Source of the DNA: Octopus sinensis
Taxonomy: Eukaryota
Reading direction: 5' to 3'
DNA length: 64,000 nt
NCBI RefSeq assembly: GCF_006345805.1
Contig: NC_043000.1
Span: forward strand, 135,346,001-135,410,000
The notes beneath the pieces were generated by a model, which was not told the origin of the DNA, did not search any database, and was given only the letters and a program-made list of their open reading frames with translations. Made by a program: the position numbers and the translations under genes. Positions 40,333 to 52,835 of this stretch are shown in pieces. Position 1 is the first letter of the stretch. Each line of letters begins with the position of its first letter.

Positions 40333-41579
40333 GACAGCCTGAACACATGTATAGGTATTTATGAATGAGTCACTAATTTATTGTATTTTCTATTTTGTCC
40401 AAAATTTGTCAATTTTATTACAGTTGCCTCCCTTGCCGCTTTTAAAAAATTAATTTTAGTGAACACCCCTAGAGGGATATTTTCTCTATTAATTGCTTGG
40501 TTAATCTCAGTTGATCGAAGATTTTCAACACACTATGTGGAACTAACTCTACCATATGTATGTGCATGTGCGTGTGTGTGTGTGTATTTATGAATAGCAA
40601 TGTAGTTAAATATCTATAATAGATAAATAGGATGAGAAAAAGAGGGAGAAGTGAAAGAAAGAACGTGTGAGACATTGGAAGAGACAGAAACCAAAGAAAT
40701 AGAAAGAGAAAAAGAAGAAGAAGAAGGAGAAAAGGACAGTTCAGTGAGCACACATTGGTTAAAACTAAATGTATGACTTACTACAACTAAGAAGAAAAAA
40801 AAAAACAACAAAATAAAGCAAAAAACAGAAAGAAAAATAACCATACATATCACATGATTGTTGGATTGGTGGTCGTTACAGATTGTGTGTGCGCTGTTCG
40901 CTTGCCACACACTTTGATGTGAAGTACGGCTGGCGAAGATTTTCAGCCATTAAAAATAATTATTGGCCGTGCGTTGTTTGTTGAATAAACAGAAGGATGG
41001 CGGTTAGAAACTATAGATGTCTATAACGAGCAGAAAGAAGCCGGAGATGGCGGCGGCTATGCCGGGGCAATTATTAATTGGTCCCTATGAGAAAAAAGAT
41101 ACAATTGATGGAACCACCCATTCCTAAAATTCTTCACCGCACACGTTTACGTACAACTCACACACACGCATACACACTCTACGTACACAGAATCATACTC
41201 AAATATATTCACAGCTACGTTAGTATACACAAACATATGTGCATGCAAGGTCTCACATCGTTAAAAGGGGGGGAAAAAAGAAAGGGAAAAGAATCCCCCC
41301 AGCACACTTATGCAAACATACTCAGATGCATGCAAGAGAACATGCTCATACACACACATACACACGCACACACACATACACACACACTCAAACACCCCCC
41401 CACTCATAAACAGTTGAAAGAGAAAGGAACATATATACACTCACACACAGACATCACATACATACATAAGCGTATCTTTAACACGTACAACAAGCCAAGC
41501 ACTTTAATAAACAGATTTGAACTTTTCGAAATAGACACAACCTTTCGGGCATTAAACACTCACACACACACACACACAC

Positions 41580-41626
<47 letters not shown>

Positions 41627-42398
41627 TCACACACACACATACACACACACGAACGCACACAAACATGCATACACACACACATAGCACTTAATCACTGTAT
41701 CGACCAGACTATCGGATGTTGTTATACACCGCTGTTTACAATGCACTTCCTCTCTTTGTTGTAGTTCCACCGGCCGCAAGTAGACAATAATCGCTCGACA
41801 GCGATATAAATACGAGTGCTTATATGCACCCCAAGTCCATTAGCAGAGGTCCTTTCATGGTAAATAACGCAGTATTTATCATTCTAACAAAACACCTATG
41901 TTAAGTTGGGTATAAAGATTGCCTTTTGGTACTAAACTGATTCTGTCGCTATTTCACTCTCTCTCTCTCTCACACACACATTCACACACATGTTCGTATG
42001 TGTCTGTGTGCTTGTGTACATCTTTGTGTCTCTGCAGGTGTGTTTGTGTGTGTATGTATGTGTAAAGGGCATACCGCGGCACACACCTATACATCTAATT
42101 CGATGTACATGTGTACACATTATCAGAAAATAAAGTGGTCAGTCATATTAATTTTACTGAAAAGAGTAACAGGTTGTTTTTTGACGCGAGATCAACCCTT
42201 AACGTGTAAGACTATAATCAAAAGCGTTACAACAATGACTGACCACCCATATTTCTGTACTTCAAAATCTACATTTCCTCAATGTATCAACACTTCTTTT
42301 AAACGGTAGGAAGCTTTTGATTGTGAAGATGAGATTGAAAGAGAAAGACAGAGAAATCGAAAGATAGATAGATAGAAAGAGAATATATATATATATAC

Positions 42399-42735
42399 AT
42401 TTAAAAAAGGAGATGTGGAACACGAGTTGTGTTATATAAAAAAAGGAAATGAAGAAAATGCTGACAAAATAATTTAAGTAAGGGAGTGTGTATTTAATTA
42501 GGTGAAAGTTCTTTTTACCGGTTGCGCATTTGTTATGCTTATCAAAAGATATTTTTAAAGAGAGATAGAGTTCCTTTCTGATAGATAAGAGAAAAAAATC
42601 TATCAGAAAGAACTCTATCTCTCTTAAAAAATCTTTTGATAAGCATAACAAATGCGCAACCGGTAAAAAGAACTTTCACCTAATTAAATACACTCTCCCT
42701 TACTTAAATTATTTTGTCAGCATTTTCTTCATTTC

Positions 42736-42739
<4 letters not shown>
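42399..42739. mobile_element. TA-flanked palindromic element, copy 2
   Basis: Same arms as 35807-36174 with a different central junction. Confidence 0.8.
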
Positions 42740-42779
<40 letters not shown>

Positions 42780-42881
42780 GTGTGTTTACATTCCCGTAAC
42801 ATAGCGGTTCTGCGAAAGAGACCGGTAAAATAATTACTAGACTTCAGCATGGCCTCAGTCAAATGACTGGAACAAATAAAA

Positions 42882-42922
<41 letters not shown>

Positions 42923-43067
42923 AAAGAATGAGTAGACATAGCTCTTATTTTAATCTTAATTATCCCTTCAAAAGAGCCATCTCAACTAATTTTTTCAAAT
43001 ATATATAATACGGTACCAAGCACTTTCTCTTTATTATTCTACTATATACATAAGCCACAGTCGTGGC

Positions 43068-43449
43068 TGCCCAACCACATGGTTTCGAGTTCAGTTCCAC
43101 TGCATGGCAGTTTGGGCAAGTGTCTTTTACTATACTCTCGAGCCGAGCAAAGCCTTGTGAGTGGATTTGATAGAAAGAAACTGAAAGGAGCCTGTAATTC
43201 ATATGCATATATATATATATCTATGTGTGTGTATCTTTGCGTCTGTTTTTGTCCCCCCCCTCACCGCTTGACAACTGGTGGTGGTGTGTTTATATCCTCG
43301 TAACTTAGCCGTTCTGCAAAACTGACCGATAGAATATGCAGTAGGCTTTGAAAAACTACAGGGGCCGATAAATTTTACTAAAAATTTTCCAAGTCCGTGC
43401 CCCAACAGGACTGCAGTCTAATGACTGAAACAAATAGAAGATAAAAGAC
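43068..43449 (+). mobile_element. SINE family A, diverged (another 3' fragment at 42778-42885)
   Basis: CCAACCACATGG..GAGTTCAG..GGGCAAGTGTC...GACTGAAACAAATAGAAG. Confidence 0.8.
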
Positions 43450-43496
43450 ATATATATATATATATGTAGAGGTAACACATGAGTATGTAGATGTTT

Positions 43497-43647
43497 TGGG
43501 AAAAGAAGAACGAAAATGCTACTTTCTTAAAATTAGGTACAATTTAATTTTCCTTTATATAATAAATACATTAAAAGAAGTATATACATTTTACTTTTAA
43601 TGTATTTATATAAAGGAAAATTAAAATGTACCCACTTTTAAGAAAGT
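43497..43647. repeat. Diverged fold-back ending at (TA)n
   Basis: GAACGAAAATGCTACTTTCTTAAAA...CCTTTATAT is inverted at about 43574-43645. Confidence 0.75.
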
Positions 43648-44171
43648 AGCATTTCGTTCTTTTTTGTCATATATATATACACACACACTATTATTTATAT
43701 TTATATATATATGTATACAGACACATATTAATATATAATATACACAAACACACGCACGTATATGTATGTATAATGGTGTATATATGTTTAAGTGTGTGCA
43801 GATTTTGGCCAATAATTCTCCAAGTATTATCCCCATATCGTGATCCATATATGCGACAAACTATCTAGATTTACGTAAACGAGGAGCCAATCTCCGTTTC
43901 AAAATTTGGAACCTGATATTATATTGGTTGATTCAATTCATACGCTCCGTTTCATTTTCAAGTTCATTTTATGACTTGGAGTATTATTCACTTGATATTT
44001 TCTCCTCAATTAGTTTTTCTCGCAACTCCTTTGACTTTCAAATTAAACGCAAACATTAAGAAGTTTCGTACTGAGATTTTTTTATTTAATAATATGGATA
44101 AACGCAAACGCATAAAGACAGATTGAAAGAGAAGAGAAATGAAACAGTATGTATGTTTGTGTGTGAAGAAA

Positions 44172-44222
<51 letters not shown>

Positions 44223-44856
44223 CTGAAAGGAATGCTTTTTCAATGACGAGTATAAAATTACATGCATTTCTTAATCTCATATATCTATACTTTAATATGC
44301 AAGCATATGCATCTCTTCAAATGTGCTTGCTTACAAATATAAATTTGCAAAAATGAGCTAAAAAATCGACAAAGATATATATTTCTTGGAATATATAGCA
44401 GCGTTGCGCTGTTAAGAAGTTCATCATACATTCAACTTGTATACAACCGTATAAAAGTGCGTGGGGTGGAGTTTTCTGCCAGAGTTTCGGGTATCGACTA
44501 AAAGTTTGAATGAAAAGAGGTGGAAACTCTCTCTATCATAATTATACACACACACACTCTCACACACATGCATATACACACACGCACGTACGCACGCACG
44601 CTCGGAAACAAATGTATGTTTTTATTCAGTTTCATTTCAAGACTTCTTGCTAATAGAGAAAGAGTCGGTTTCTAAACTAGATCCAAGACCCGCTTCATTG
44701 GAATTTCAAGAACATCAACAGGGTATTACACACGTTTCTGTGTAATTGTGCAGTATTTGGAGTCAGTGCATGTGCATATTTGTAACCTTAGTTTAACATG
44801 TATATTCTCATACATATAGTTGTATGTTTAGACATCCGCATATATACTTAAATATA

Positions 44857-46100
44857 CGGGGTGTGCCAAATATATGTATACGCACTTTTGCAGCTGATAA
44901 CTCAATTAATGTTTTTAATTTTCCTGATGAAACCCACTGGAATTCATGATGGCAGTCAGACAAAGCTTTGAACAAAGGAAATTCATTCTAAAATGCCACT
45001 GGAAGTATGAAAAACGCAGTTGAAGTGCAAAGGCAGTTTAGGAGGGAGTTTCAAACAGATCCACCAATGCAACTCGCCATCACTCGAATTAGAGATGACT
45101 TTGAAGCCGATGGAACCGTTCAGAATGTCCATGAGAAGCATTCCAGAAGACCACGAACATCAACAACACCCACAAAGCAAGGAGTACTGGAAACGAATCA
45201 CCAAAGTCCAAGAAAATCTGTACGGCAAGCGAGTCATGAGGTAAGTATTCCAAAATCGTCTGTCCAACGCATTTTGAAGCGTTGTCAATGGAAAAGTTAC
45301 GTCCCAAGATTAGTTCATGCTATTAATGATGATGAACCAGACGAAAGAGTGCAGTATTGCGAGTGTTACTTGGCATGAGGTGTAGAAGATGCACAATTTC
45401 CAACAAAGATTGTGTGGAGTGATGAGACCACATTCAAATTAAATGGTTCAATTAACCGCCAAAATTGCACCCACTGGGGACCTGAAAATTCACATGTTAA
45501 TAGGTTTTACAGTGTGGTGTGACTTATCATCAAGATGATTAATTGGACTATTCTTTTTTGACGCTTCTGTAACTGGTCCCGTTTACTTGAACTTGCTGCA
45601 ACAGTCTGTCATGCCAGGCATTAGAGAAGACTTTGAAGATGAAGAGTTTTATTTTCAGCAAGATGGGGCACCCCCACACTACCATCGCTATGTTAGATCT
45701 TCCTTGATGAGATCTTGCCAAACAGGTGGATTGGACGAATGGGGTTTCGTTGAATACCCTCCGCGTTTACCAGATCTCACACCACAATACTTTTTTTATG
45801 GGGATACCTAAAAGACAAAGTCTACGCTATGAAACCTGCAACAGTCGCTGATTTGAGAGCAGCCACAGAACGAGAATGCACACAAATACCAAACGAATGG
45901 TTTCGTGATATTTGCGATTCCATTGCTTTGTATTGTCAGCAGTGCCTGGGTCAGAACGGAGGTCAGTTTGAAAACAGGCCTTGACAAAACAATGAAATAA
46001 TGTCTGTAGATTCTATTAAATTTTGAAAATGAAATGTATTTTAATAAACACCTACTTTACAATTATTTAAAGTATATATACATTTTTTGGGGACACCCTG
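44857..46100 (+). mobile_element. Full-length Tc1/mariner transposon of the DD41D (rosa/Visitor) type, inactive
   Basis: TA TSDs and imperfect TIRs of about 32 bp (C.GGGTGT.CC.AA.A.ATGTATA). Transposase motifs [58 protein letters not shown]. About 41 residues between the second D and the (mutated) third D position after frameshift repair. Confidence 0.9.
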
Positions 46101-46674
46101 TATTTATATATGTATCAATGTATGTACACGTATGTATGTATGTGTGAGTGTATGTGTTCTATCTCTTTGTCTGTCTGTCCAACTATCTATACATACTTAT
46201 ATACATGTACACACAGGCATTCGCACACATACACACATATATTTCTGAGAGATTACAGAGGTCTTTCATTAATTAGGAAATTAATATCACTTAAAGTATG
46301 TCATCCGCTAGAAATGGCGGAACCCAACTACTAGATGCAACTGAAAATTTGCTATCATCTGTTTTTGGAAGATTTTTGTGAAATAAAGTACTGTTCATCG
46401 GATAAAACAAATGTTCTTGAAAAAAGCACAGTATTGCAATTGTCTGACTGCTTAAAAAGACTATCGTGATGAATTTCAAAGCAATTTCATTTCACAGACA
46501 GTTACAATAATCTCCCATCAAAATTGAACGTGTTCCAACAATTCAATGATGCATCGGCTGTAAATGCAATGATTTATAAACCAATCATGAAAATACCAAC
46601 ACAAACACATTCTTATACACACACACATATGATATAATATTATACAGCAACAACAACAACAACAATAATAATAG

Positions 46675-46707
<33 letters not shown>

Positions 46708-47239
46708 ATATAATATAAGCTAACAGCACGTTTGTTTGATAAGGTTAAACACACGCGCGCACATACACAAACACACACACACACACACACACACACAACA
46801 CACACACACACACACACACACACTCTCTCTCTCTCACTCACACACAAGACAATGATAAAAAGAAATCCAGACAACTTTTTGAAAAGTGACATTTTCTCCC
46901 CTTAGAGTGACCAGCTGGGTTTGCCATTTCTAAAAGCCAAGAATCATTTACTATTGAAAGATTGGCCAGCTGCAAAGATATCAACAAAATTTGTCTTTTT
47001 TCTCTCCTTCTTCTTCCTTTTCTTCTCTTTTTTAACACTTCTTTCAGATACAAACACACACACACACGCACGCACACACACATACACACATACACACACA
47101 CACACACACTCTCTCTCTCTCTCTCTCTCTCTCACTTTCTCCCCATTCCTCACCCTCTAGTACTATTTTATATCTCTCCCCACCCCTACACTCAATAATA
47201 CTATAAAACGAGACAAAATTCCTGAAAAAGCTCAATTTG

Positions 47240-47394
47240 ACAACTCCATTAGAGTGGACGAAAGCGCTAGTATATGATATATGATTTATAAAAACATGTA
47301 ACATACTAATAAATATCTGTAAATATAAAACCATCCAGATTTCTGAGTACCCAATTTCTTTTAATATATAATACCTGTACACCATCTCCAAACC

Positions 47395-47400
<6 letters not shown>
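47240..47400 (+). mobile_element. Repeat of the 29001 family with the 3' half of a hammerhead
   Basis: TCCA TTAGAG TGGAC-GAAA GCGC TA, followed by sequence shared with 29307-29470; ends in (TA)n. Confidence 0.55.
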
Positions 47401-47455
<55 letters not shown>

Positions 47456-47707
47456 GTAGATAGGTAAATAGATAAGCAGATTGATAGATAGATGGGCAGA
47501 TAGATATACACATGATTATATATGATTGTTGCAGTTGTGTGATGTATTAGATTACAAATATATATTTTATAAAACAATAAAAAAAGAGACAAAAAGAAAA
47601 ACACACAAAAAAACACGGTAAATATCATGGCACAAAGTTTACTAAGTGCTTTCGAAGGAACTCTAAGCTCTTAAAACACTTAACTCAGCTTCAGAACTAA
47701 CAGAAAA

Positions 47708-47821
47708 ATGCATACATGCATACATACATACATACATGCATACATACATACATACATACATACATACATACATACATACATACATACACACACATACATA
47801 CATACATACATACATACATAC

Positions 47822-47852
<31 letters not shown>

Positions 47853-48863
47853 CATACATACATACATACATACATACACACACACATACATACATACATA
47901 CATACATACATACATACATCATACATACATACATACACACACATACATACATACATACATACATACATACATACATACATACATACATACATACAACACA
48001 CATCATACATCATACATACATACATACATACACACACACATACATACATACATACATACATACATACTACATACATACATACATCATACATACATACATC
48101 ATACATACATACTACATACATACATCATACACATACATACATACACACATACATACATACATACATACATAACATACATACATACATGCATACATGCATA
48201 CATGCAAACATACATACATACTGCATACATACATACATACATGCATACATGCATACATGCAAACATACATACATACATACATACATGCATACATACATGC
48301 ATACATACATACATGCATAGATATATGAATATTTGTATACATACATGTATGCATACATACATACATACACACACACATACGTACATACATTTATACATAC
48401 GTACATGAATACATACATACATATATACATACGTACATACATACGTATATACATACATGCATGCAAACACACGCACATATACACTTATATATGTGATTTC
48501 ATATGTGTGTGTGTGTATATATATACATGTATACATATATATACATATATGTGTATATATATTAACGCACAGGCACATGCCTCCACATATGTGTGTGTAT
48601 GTGTAAGCATGTATGCGTGCTTGTGTATGCGCATATGTATGCGTATTTATATGCATATATACATCTCTGCCCACCTCTCTTTCTCATATGATATATATAT
48701 ACACACACACACACACATATATATATATACACATATATATATATATATGTATGTATATATATATATATACACATATGTGTATATATATATATATACATAC
48801 ATATATTTATACATACATATATTTATACATACACATATATATATACATACATATATTTATACG

Positions 48864-48932
<69 letters not shown>

Positions 48933-49080
48933 ACATACATACATATCTATACGCATATATACACACATATATATATGTGTATATATATATATACATATAT
49001 ACATATATATATATATACACACACACATATATATATGTATATATACATGCATACATACACATACACGCGCACACACACAC
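47708..49080. repeat. Long degenerate (TACA)/(TA)/(CA) microsatellite field
   Basis: Directly visible; source of many spurious HTYI/MYVC ORFs. Confidence 0.95.
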
Positions 49081-49417
49081 ACATGTATAACGAGGAGATG
49101 GAAGAGGCAAAAAAGGCGAGAAGGAGTGTAATAGGCGTTCCCTTAACAAAAATCACGAGAGGTTAATGGTTGGCGTTCAGGTGTGATGGCAGTAATGAAA
49201 GACTGTCATAACTAATGACTGATGAACGCAGCCTAAGTGTCGTATCGCCTTATCAACACGATGTGTATTTATCACTCCGTCATGCAGAGGGGTTGTTCGG
49301 TGAAATTTGTGTATTCTCACACATAACATCGCTTCTTTATTCTAATACATAAATAGCTACCTTTCACACAACACACGCACGCATGCATGCACATACACAT
49401 ACACACACACACACACA

Positions 49418-49458
<41 letters not shown>

Positions 49459-49928
49459 ATATATATATACACACACACATATATATATGTATATATACAC
49501 ACACATATATATATGTGTATATATATATATATACATATATACATATATATATATATACACACACCATATATATATGTATATATACATGCATACATACACA
49601 TACACGCGCACACACACACACATGTATAACGAGGAGATGGAAGAGGCAAAAAAGGCGAGAAGGAGTGTAATAGGCGTTCCCTTAACAAAAATCACGAGAG
49701 GTTAATGGTTGGCGTTCAGGTGTGATGGCAGTAATGAAAGACTGTCATAACTAATGACTGATGACGCAGCCTAAGTGTCGTATCGCCTTATCAACACGAT
49801 GTGTATTTATCACTCCGTCATGCAGAGGGGTTGTTCGGTGAAATTTGTGTATTCTCACACATAACATCGCTTCTTTATTCTAATACATAAATAGCTACCT
49901 TTCACACAAACACACGCACGCATGCATG

Positions 49929-49950
<22 letters not shown>
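48880..49950 (+). repeat. Tandem duplication, 539-bp period
   Basis: The unique block 49081-49400 recurs at 49620-49940 together with its upstream microsatellite. Confidence 0.92.
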
Positions 49951-49967
<17 letters not shown>

Positions 49968-49969
49968 GT

Positions 49970-50012
<43 letters not shown>

Positions 50013-51479
50013 TTCTCCTTTACTCTGTTTCTCTCATACACACGCATACATATATAGACATACAAGCACACTTATAAATACACACGAATACATGCATTCA
50101 CACACAGGCGTGTGGAAGCACATGCATTCATACATACACACAGGCACACATAAATACTTATTTTCAGATACACTTATAGACACATATACAGATATATACA
50201 TTCATGTAGATATATACATACACATACAGGCGTGCAAATGCACATACACACATAGACACACACATAAACAGAGAACTATATGAATAAATGCAAAGTCAGC
50301 AAAAGAAAACCGAGTGCTGTAACGTAATATAAAGTAACGTACTGTAAAGTACAGTGTGCAAACCTTTAGCACACTATAGGTGCATTATGTCACCATATGT
50401 GTTTTCTCCCCTGTAGTAGCAGGGCAATTGTAGGGGAAACAATTCTAGAGAGAATGCAAGAAATTAATGCCAATAAAATTCATACCAAATCAAACCTTCA
50501 GTTGTTATTCTTATATTTTCGCCCATCGATGTTTTTTTTTGGTATCGCCTTGTGGTCCACCATTACTTGTTGATTATTAAAATCAAAATGGCGGTTTCAA
50601 TTATGCTATAAACTTTCCAGTGGTTTGTTCTCCATTCTCCTTGTGTACTCATTTCTGTAGTGCTTATTTAAACGTTTGTGAGTACGTGTTTGCATGCATG
50701 TTTTCGATATCATATCTATATTACTTATTTGATATGTGAGAGTGTATGTGTGCTGTATGTGTGTGCTCGTATGTGTATGTGTGCGAGCGTGTGTGCTTGT
50801 GTATGTAGTGTCTAAACGCAGTATAGCAAAGGATTAAGAAGATCGCTTTGCGATCATGAATTCCCAGGTTCTTTTACGCTTACATATGCGCACATAAATT
50901 AAATATATGGAGGCATAATCAAACATGAACAAATGTATTTAGGTATAAATTATTCATAGCTAATCGAAAACCTGCAATAATTATTTAAAATATATTTTAC
51001 CACTTGTTGTTAGATTGAATTCTTATTACTATTAAGTGCTATTGCTTAATAATTATATTATTAATACTTAATTATATTATGCAGATATTTAAAATAAACA
51101 TATATGCTAGAGATTCAATCCGCGTGCAGTTTTGTAATCCAGTTTGCTGCTTCCAAATACTTATTCATCTGGGGTTGATAAGGTCTTAGCTTGCTAATAC
51201 CCTTTGAGAAATCATGAAAATTAAAACGCTATTCCGCTCTAAATCTCAAACTTAATTCCTGCAAAGAAAATGTGCTTTATGCTCGGTAGACCATGAGTTT
51301 CTACCTACATGTGTAAATCTCATGTTTCAATATTGTAATATTTAATCTCCTAAAGTAGGTCAAATCTCTCTCAAACACCTCCATGACGTCTTATGAAATT
51401 AAGGACAAATTAGATATACTACTTTCAGTCCAGTACCTCTTAGTGCCTTCATCACATTTGGTTTTGAACCTTTGATGTT

Positions 51480-51870
51480 GTCAGGTCAATGACATTGCTC
51501 TGTGATTCCTGTTCAGATGTATAAGTTCCGAAATTGTTTGTATAAACCATGTTTTTAACCAATTTCTTTAATGATGACGCAGTCGGCTCGATGTCTTGGG
51601 ATTGTTTCCATAGAATTACTTTTAATATTTTTGCTATTTTCTACCTATTAAAAAAATGTAGTTTAGCCAAAGAAACTCTCATCAAGTATACCTATGATCA
51701 AAATCATACTGCACATGCCCATCCCCTTATTTTTGCTGGGACATTTTCTAAGGGGTCAGTTTCATAAGATTGTAGAATGAGATTTGAGGTATATTAGTTT
51801 GTCATTTTTAGTATTTGGCTGGTCCCATATTTTTGTATGTAAATGTGTGTTATTCACTTTGTTTACTTTA
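51480..51870 (-). pseudogene. Possible highly decayed Penelope-type reverse transcriptase
   Basis: Minus strand YIQKYGT...KM...Y..NLILQSYETD..ENVP....W resembles the Y.Q..GTAMGTKMAP.YANL...E region; no intact YxDD. Confidence 0.3.
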
Positions 51871-52425
51871 TGTTTAAAAGGATTTTTATGTAGATTCAAT
51901 TGAATGAGTATAGCTTGTTCTTATAGAGAGAGTTGGCTGTTTAAGGAGTAGACAATTGAAAATTCAGATCTAAACAAGAATTTTCGTGGTGAATTGTAAG
52001 TAATGTACCAAATACGTTTGTTCAAAGTAGCAAAATAACTAGAGATGTACTAATTCTCCAACCTCGCTTTGCGGAAAGATACAACTTATTTTAAATAGTG
52101 GAACCTCAAGATTCAGAAAATATTGGATTTGTATGAAGATAATAATTTCAATCTGAGTTATACGTAGATAGTGATAGCGAATAAAAAATTTAACTGAGAG
52201 CTAATAATTATTATTCGAGGTGGGGGATATGTCCATGAGTACTTAAAGGTTAGTAGATTTTTGTGCTACAATAACATCAGTAAAAAAAAAAGATTACGCG
52301 CATAACCTAGTGTAGAACTAAATACAAATATGCTTCAGAACGAAGCGTTCGTCAAATACAGAGCGGTAATAAGAACATAAGATGATAACGGAATAAACGA
52401 TTCTCTTACGAGCTCCATTAGCTTA

Positions 52426-52603
52426 CAACTATTTCTGCTATAAGATGCAACGTGCTGAGCCTCGAATATGAAGTGCACTTTATTTGGGAAAAGAATTACT
52501 TCATAAATAAACTGCTCTTTAAATCCGAGGCTGCGATGAAGCTATAATGTGCTACTCAAGCACTCAACTATGAGCACACTGCATCTTATAGCAGAGACAG
52601 CTG
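52426..52603. mobile_element. MITE with 24-bp TIRs and TA TSD (pogo/Tigger-like)
   Basis: TA|CAACTATTTCTGCTATAAGATGCA ... TGCATCTTATAGCAGAGACAGCTG|TA. Confidence 0.75.
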
Positions 52604-52610
52604 TATTTCC

Positions 52611-52641
<31 letters not shown>

Positions 52642-52644
52642 TTA

Positions 52645-52835
52645 GTCGCTGTGTTGGACCGCTAAACCCTACACGTTTTTTTCCTTCTCCCTCTATTTAT
52701 TTCCTCTTGTTTCTTTCTGTCGAAGTACGTAGGTTCAAAACGTAAAAGACGTTTCAATTTTCCCGAGCGTCAAACCAATGCACTTGCTTGTTGTTCCTAC
52801 ACCTGTCTTTTTCTTTTGTTTTTCTATAAATTTCA
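52645..52835 (+). mobile_element. Repeat of the 26862 family with a decayed hammerhead
   Basis: TCTTT-CTGTCGA-AGTACGTAGGTTC-AAAAC GTA-AAAGA, then TTCCCGAGCGT..AC..ACACCTGTCTT; flanked by (TA)n. Confidence 0.55.

Noticed and set aside
41078-41764. 228-aa ORF
   Set aside because: Largely CA-repeat derived, with no recognisable domain.
47680-49166. Long ORFs of [12 protein letters not shown] repeats here and throughout the window
   Set aside because: They are stop-free translations of microsatellites with no coding signature.
49215-49250. CTGATGA followed by ACGC...GTGT
   Set aside because: No GAAA or stem III follows, so it is not a hammerhead.
50400-50440. Hairpin TCCCCTGTAGTAGC/GCAATTGTAGGGGA as a miRNA
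   Set aside because: Too short, relies on many G-U pairs, and matches no conserved miRNA I recognise.
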